DNA of 64,000 nucleotides from Squalus acanthias (taxonomy: Eukaryota): contig CM059436.1 in the NCBI GenBank assembly GCA_030390025.1, forward strand, positions 13,330,001 through 13,394,000, written 5' to 3'. The position numbers and the translations under genes are program-made. Numbering within the stretch: the stretch's first letter is position 1; each line of letters opens with the position of its first letter. The notes beneath the pieces were generated by a model that had not been told where the DNA came from, made no database searches, and worked only from the letters and a program-made list of their open reading frames with translations. Shown one piece after another: positions 62,095 to 64,000 of this stretch.

Positions 62095-62356
62095 TGTTGT
62101 AACAGATATGGAGTGTGACATGAATCTTGTCATTCATGTGGAAATGACTTATGAAATAATACTGGGCGGCCTGCTGGTGGCACTGTCCAGGGAGAGTATA
62201 AATACTCGGGCACGGGCCCAGCTTGCGCGGGACATTCTTAACAGGAACTAGTGAAGGACACAACTAGACCTCCATGTTGTAAAACAGTTGATTAAAGCTT
62301 TGTTTAACGCTTAGACCAAGTGCCTAGTAGTTTTCTTATGTCAGAGTGTATTGACA
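62095..62356 (+). mobile_element. Possible short solo LTR
   Basis: TG...CA-bounded segment with GTATAAAT, a CpG-rich patch and ATTAAA; no convincing TSD. Confidence 0.3.
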
Positions 62357-62699
62357 TGAGAAGTGCAAGGAAGAGATTAAGCAATTCCTCAGGATTACAA
62401 TAGAATTTTTAAGAAATGGTCTTTATTTGGAGAATGCTACAAGCGGAGAAGTTTTTGTGGTTTCACATATATATAAAAAAAGTTCCTCCCTCCCTATTTT
62501 CTTCCTTTCAAGTTAACTGCTGCAACTCTATTCTCGTTGGTCATAAGGAGAAGTGTTGATAACATTTCTGTGGGAAGGCAGCTGGGTTGAGATCATGAAG
62601 TACTGGGTGGTTGGGGGAGGAGGCAGAGAGGAGGGGAGAGGGAACAGTGTATCTAAAGTCTAGGATGTTCAAAGACCTGCAGGGCATATTATGGTTTTA

Positions 62700-64000
62700 T
62701 AGATATGAGAAAGGATGAAAAAATGTTGAGACCCAGTTTATGGATAAAATATATATTTTTATGTATGCTATGAAATAAATTTTATTTTTAGGATATATAT
62801 GGAGGGCTATATTTCAGAGAATTTTTTGTTGGAATGCGATTGGGGAGATAGATTTTGCATAATATCCATGATAAATAATGAAAGTAGAAGATAGCCAATT
62901 AGAAAGGAGAGATACTTAGCCAATGAGAAGAATGGCTTACCCCTTAAATTGTTTGAGCAAGATGTATTCCAAGTGGATATTGGAAAGCCCCATGATATAG
63001 TGTATCTGGACGTCCAGAAAGGCTTTGATAAAGTTCAAAATAAAAGGCTGCTACACAAGCTAAAAGCCGTGGATATGCCAGATAAAACTCAAAGTGGATA
63101 AAGAACTAGCTGAAAGAAACAAAACAGAGTGCCATTTAGCAAAGTGATGTTTGGCTGGAAATTTGTACTGAGTGGAGTGCCCCTGGGACCCCCACTGTTT
63201 CTAATTTAGATAAATGTTCCAAAATACAATGCAAGTTGCTCAAAGTTACGGATAATACTAAACTTGGGAGAGCAGTTGAGTCTGATGAATCAGTTACAGA
63301 AGGATGTAAAAAATATTTTTAAGTGGCCAGAATTATGGCAGGTGAAATTCAATACAGATAAGTGCAGGATGCTACATAGTGGGAAGAAAATAAAAATGGG
63401 GGACATACTTATTCAATGAATGGTGTGGAACTGACTAGGTGAGAGGCTAAAAATGATTCGAGTGATAAGCTTAACACTGACCATGCCCAGTCATTGCAGT
63501 GCAGCAATCAACAAAACAAATATAATGGTGAGCTATATTGCCAAATGAATAGAGCTTAATTCTGAAGCTTTCTTGTTGAAGCTGTATTGTGCTTGGGTGC
63601 AGATAGGTGGCAGATGCAAGTCAATGTAGAAAAAAAATGGAAAGTAATATATTTTGGAAGTACTAGGGAAAAGAAATGTGTCCTACTTGGCCAGATTTTA
63701 AATGGAGTAGAGGAACAAAGGGAAATTAGCGTGCAGATATACAGGTCATTAAACGTGGCACCGGAGGTAGATAAGGCCATAAAAAAGCAAACAGAATCCT
63801 TGATTTCGTATCTGAAGGCATAGGGGTTAATTTTGGGGTGACCAATTCCATCGGCAGATGGTGTGAGCACACCACCCCCCTGTTGGAATCGGTCCGAGGC
63901 CGACCAATTTTTATTCTTGCCCCAACCAATAGATGCATTTAAAGGGACAAAGAAATAAAAGTTAGATGAAGTAGGGTGGGAGGAGGCTTGTGTGGAGCAC
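62700..64000 (+). mobile_element. Degraded CR1 LINE fragments
   Basis: IVYLDVQKGFDKV, LSGVP, DNTKLG, WQVKFNTDKC; a second fragment DRWQMQVNVEK...VEEQRE and a CR1 tail at the window end. Confidence 0.8.

Overview
This is vertebrate genomic DNA, almost certainly from a cartilaginous fish: HE1/V-SINE, SacSINE1-like DeuSINE and shark-type CR1/L2 repeats dominate. It is not prokaryotic, and I found no CRISPR, rRNA or tRNA genes. The window matches the conserved ADSS2 - C1orf100/SPMIP3 - ZBTB18 block. It holds (1) the last coding exon and 3'UTR of adenylosuccinate synthetase ADSS2 (+, 2481-2533), which the ORF track misses; (2) an apparently inactivated multi-exon homolog of C1orf100/SPMIP3 (-, ~8.8-15 kb), with canonical splice sites but an in-frame TGA and a frameshift; and (3) the intact main coding exon of ZBTB18/RP58 (-, 43195-44771), with its 3'UTR, an intronic E-box cluster and a CpG-rich promoter inside an ~11 kb zone with no recognisable transposons. 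The rest is a dense TE landscape: CR1, L2, DeuSINE, V-SINE, Penelope-like elements (one with a minimal hammerhead ribozyme), Harbinger MITEs with a decayed Harbinger transposase, and a probable solo LTR. All homology calls come from my recollection of the protein and repeat families, not from searches. Repeat boundaries are approximate.
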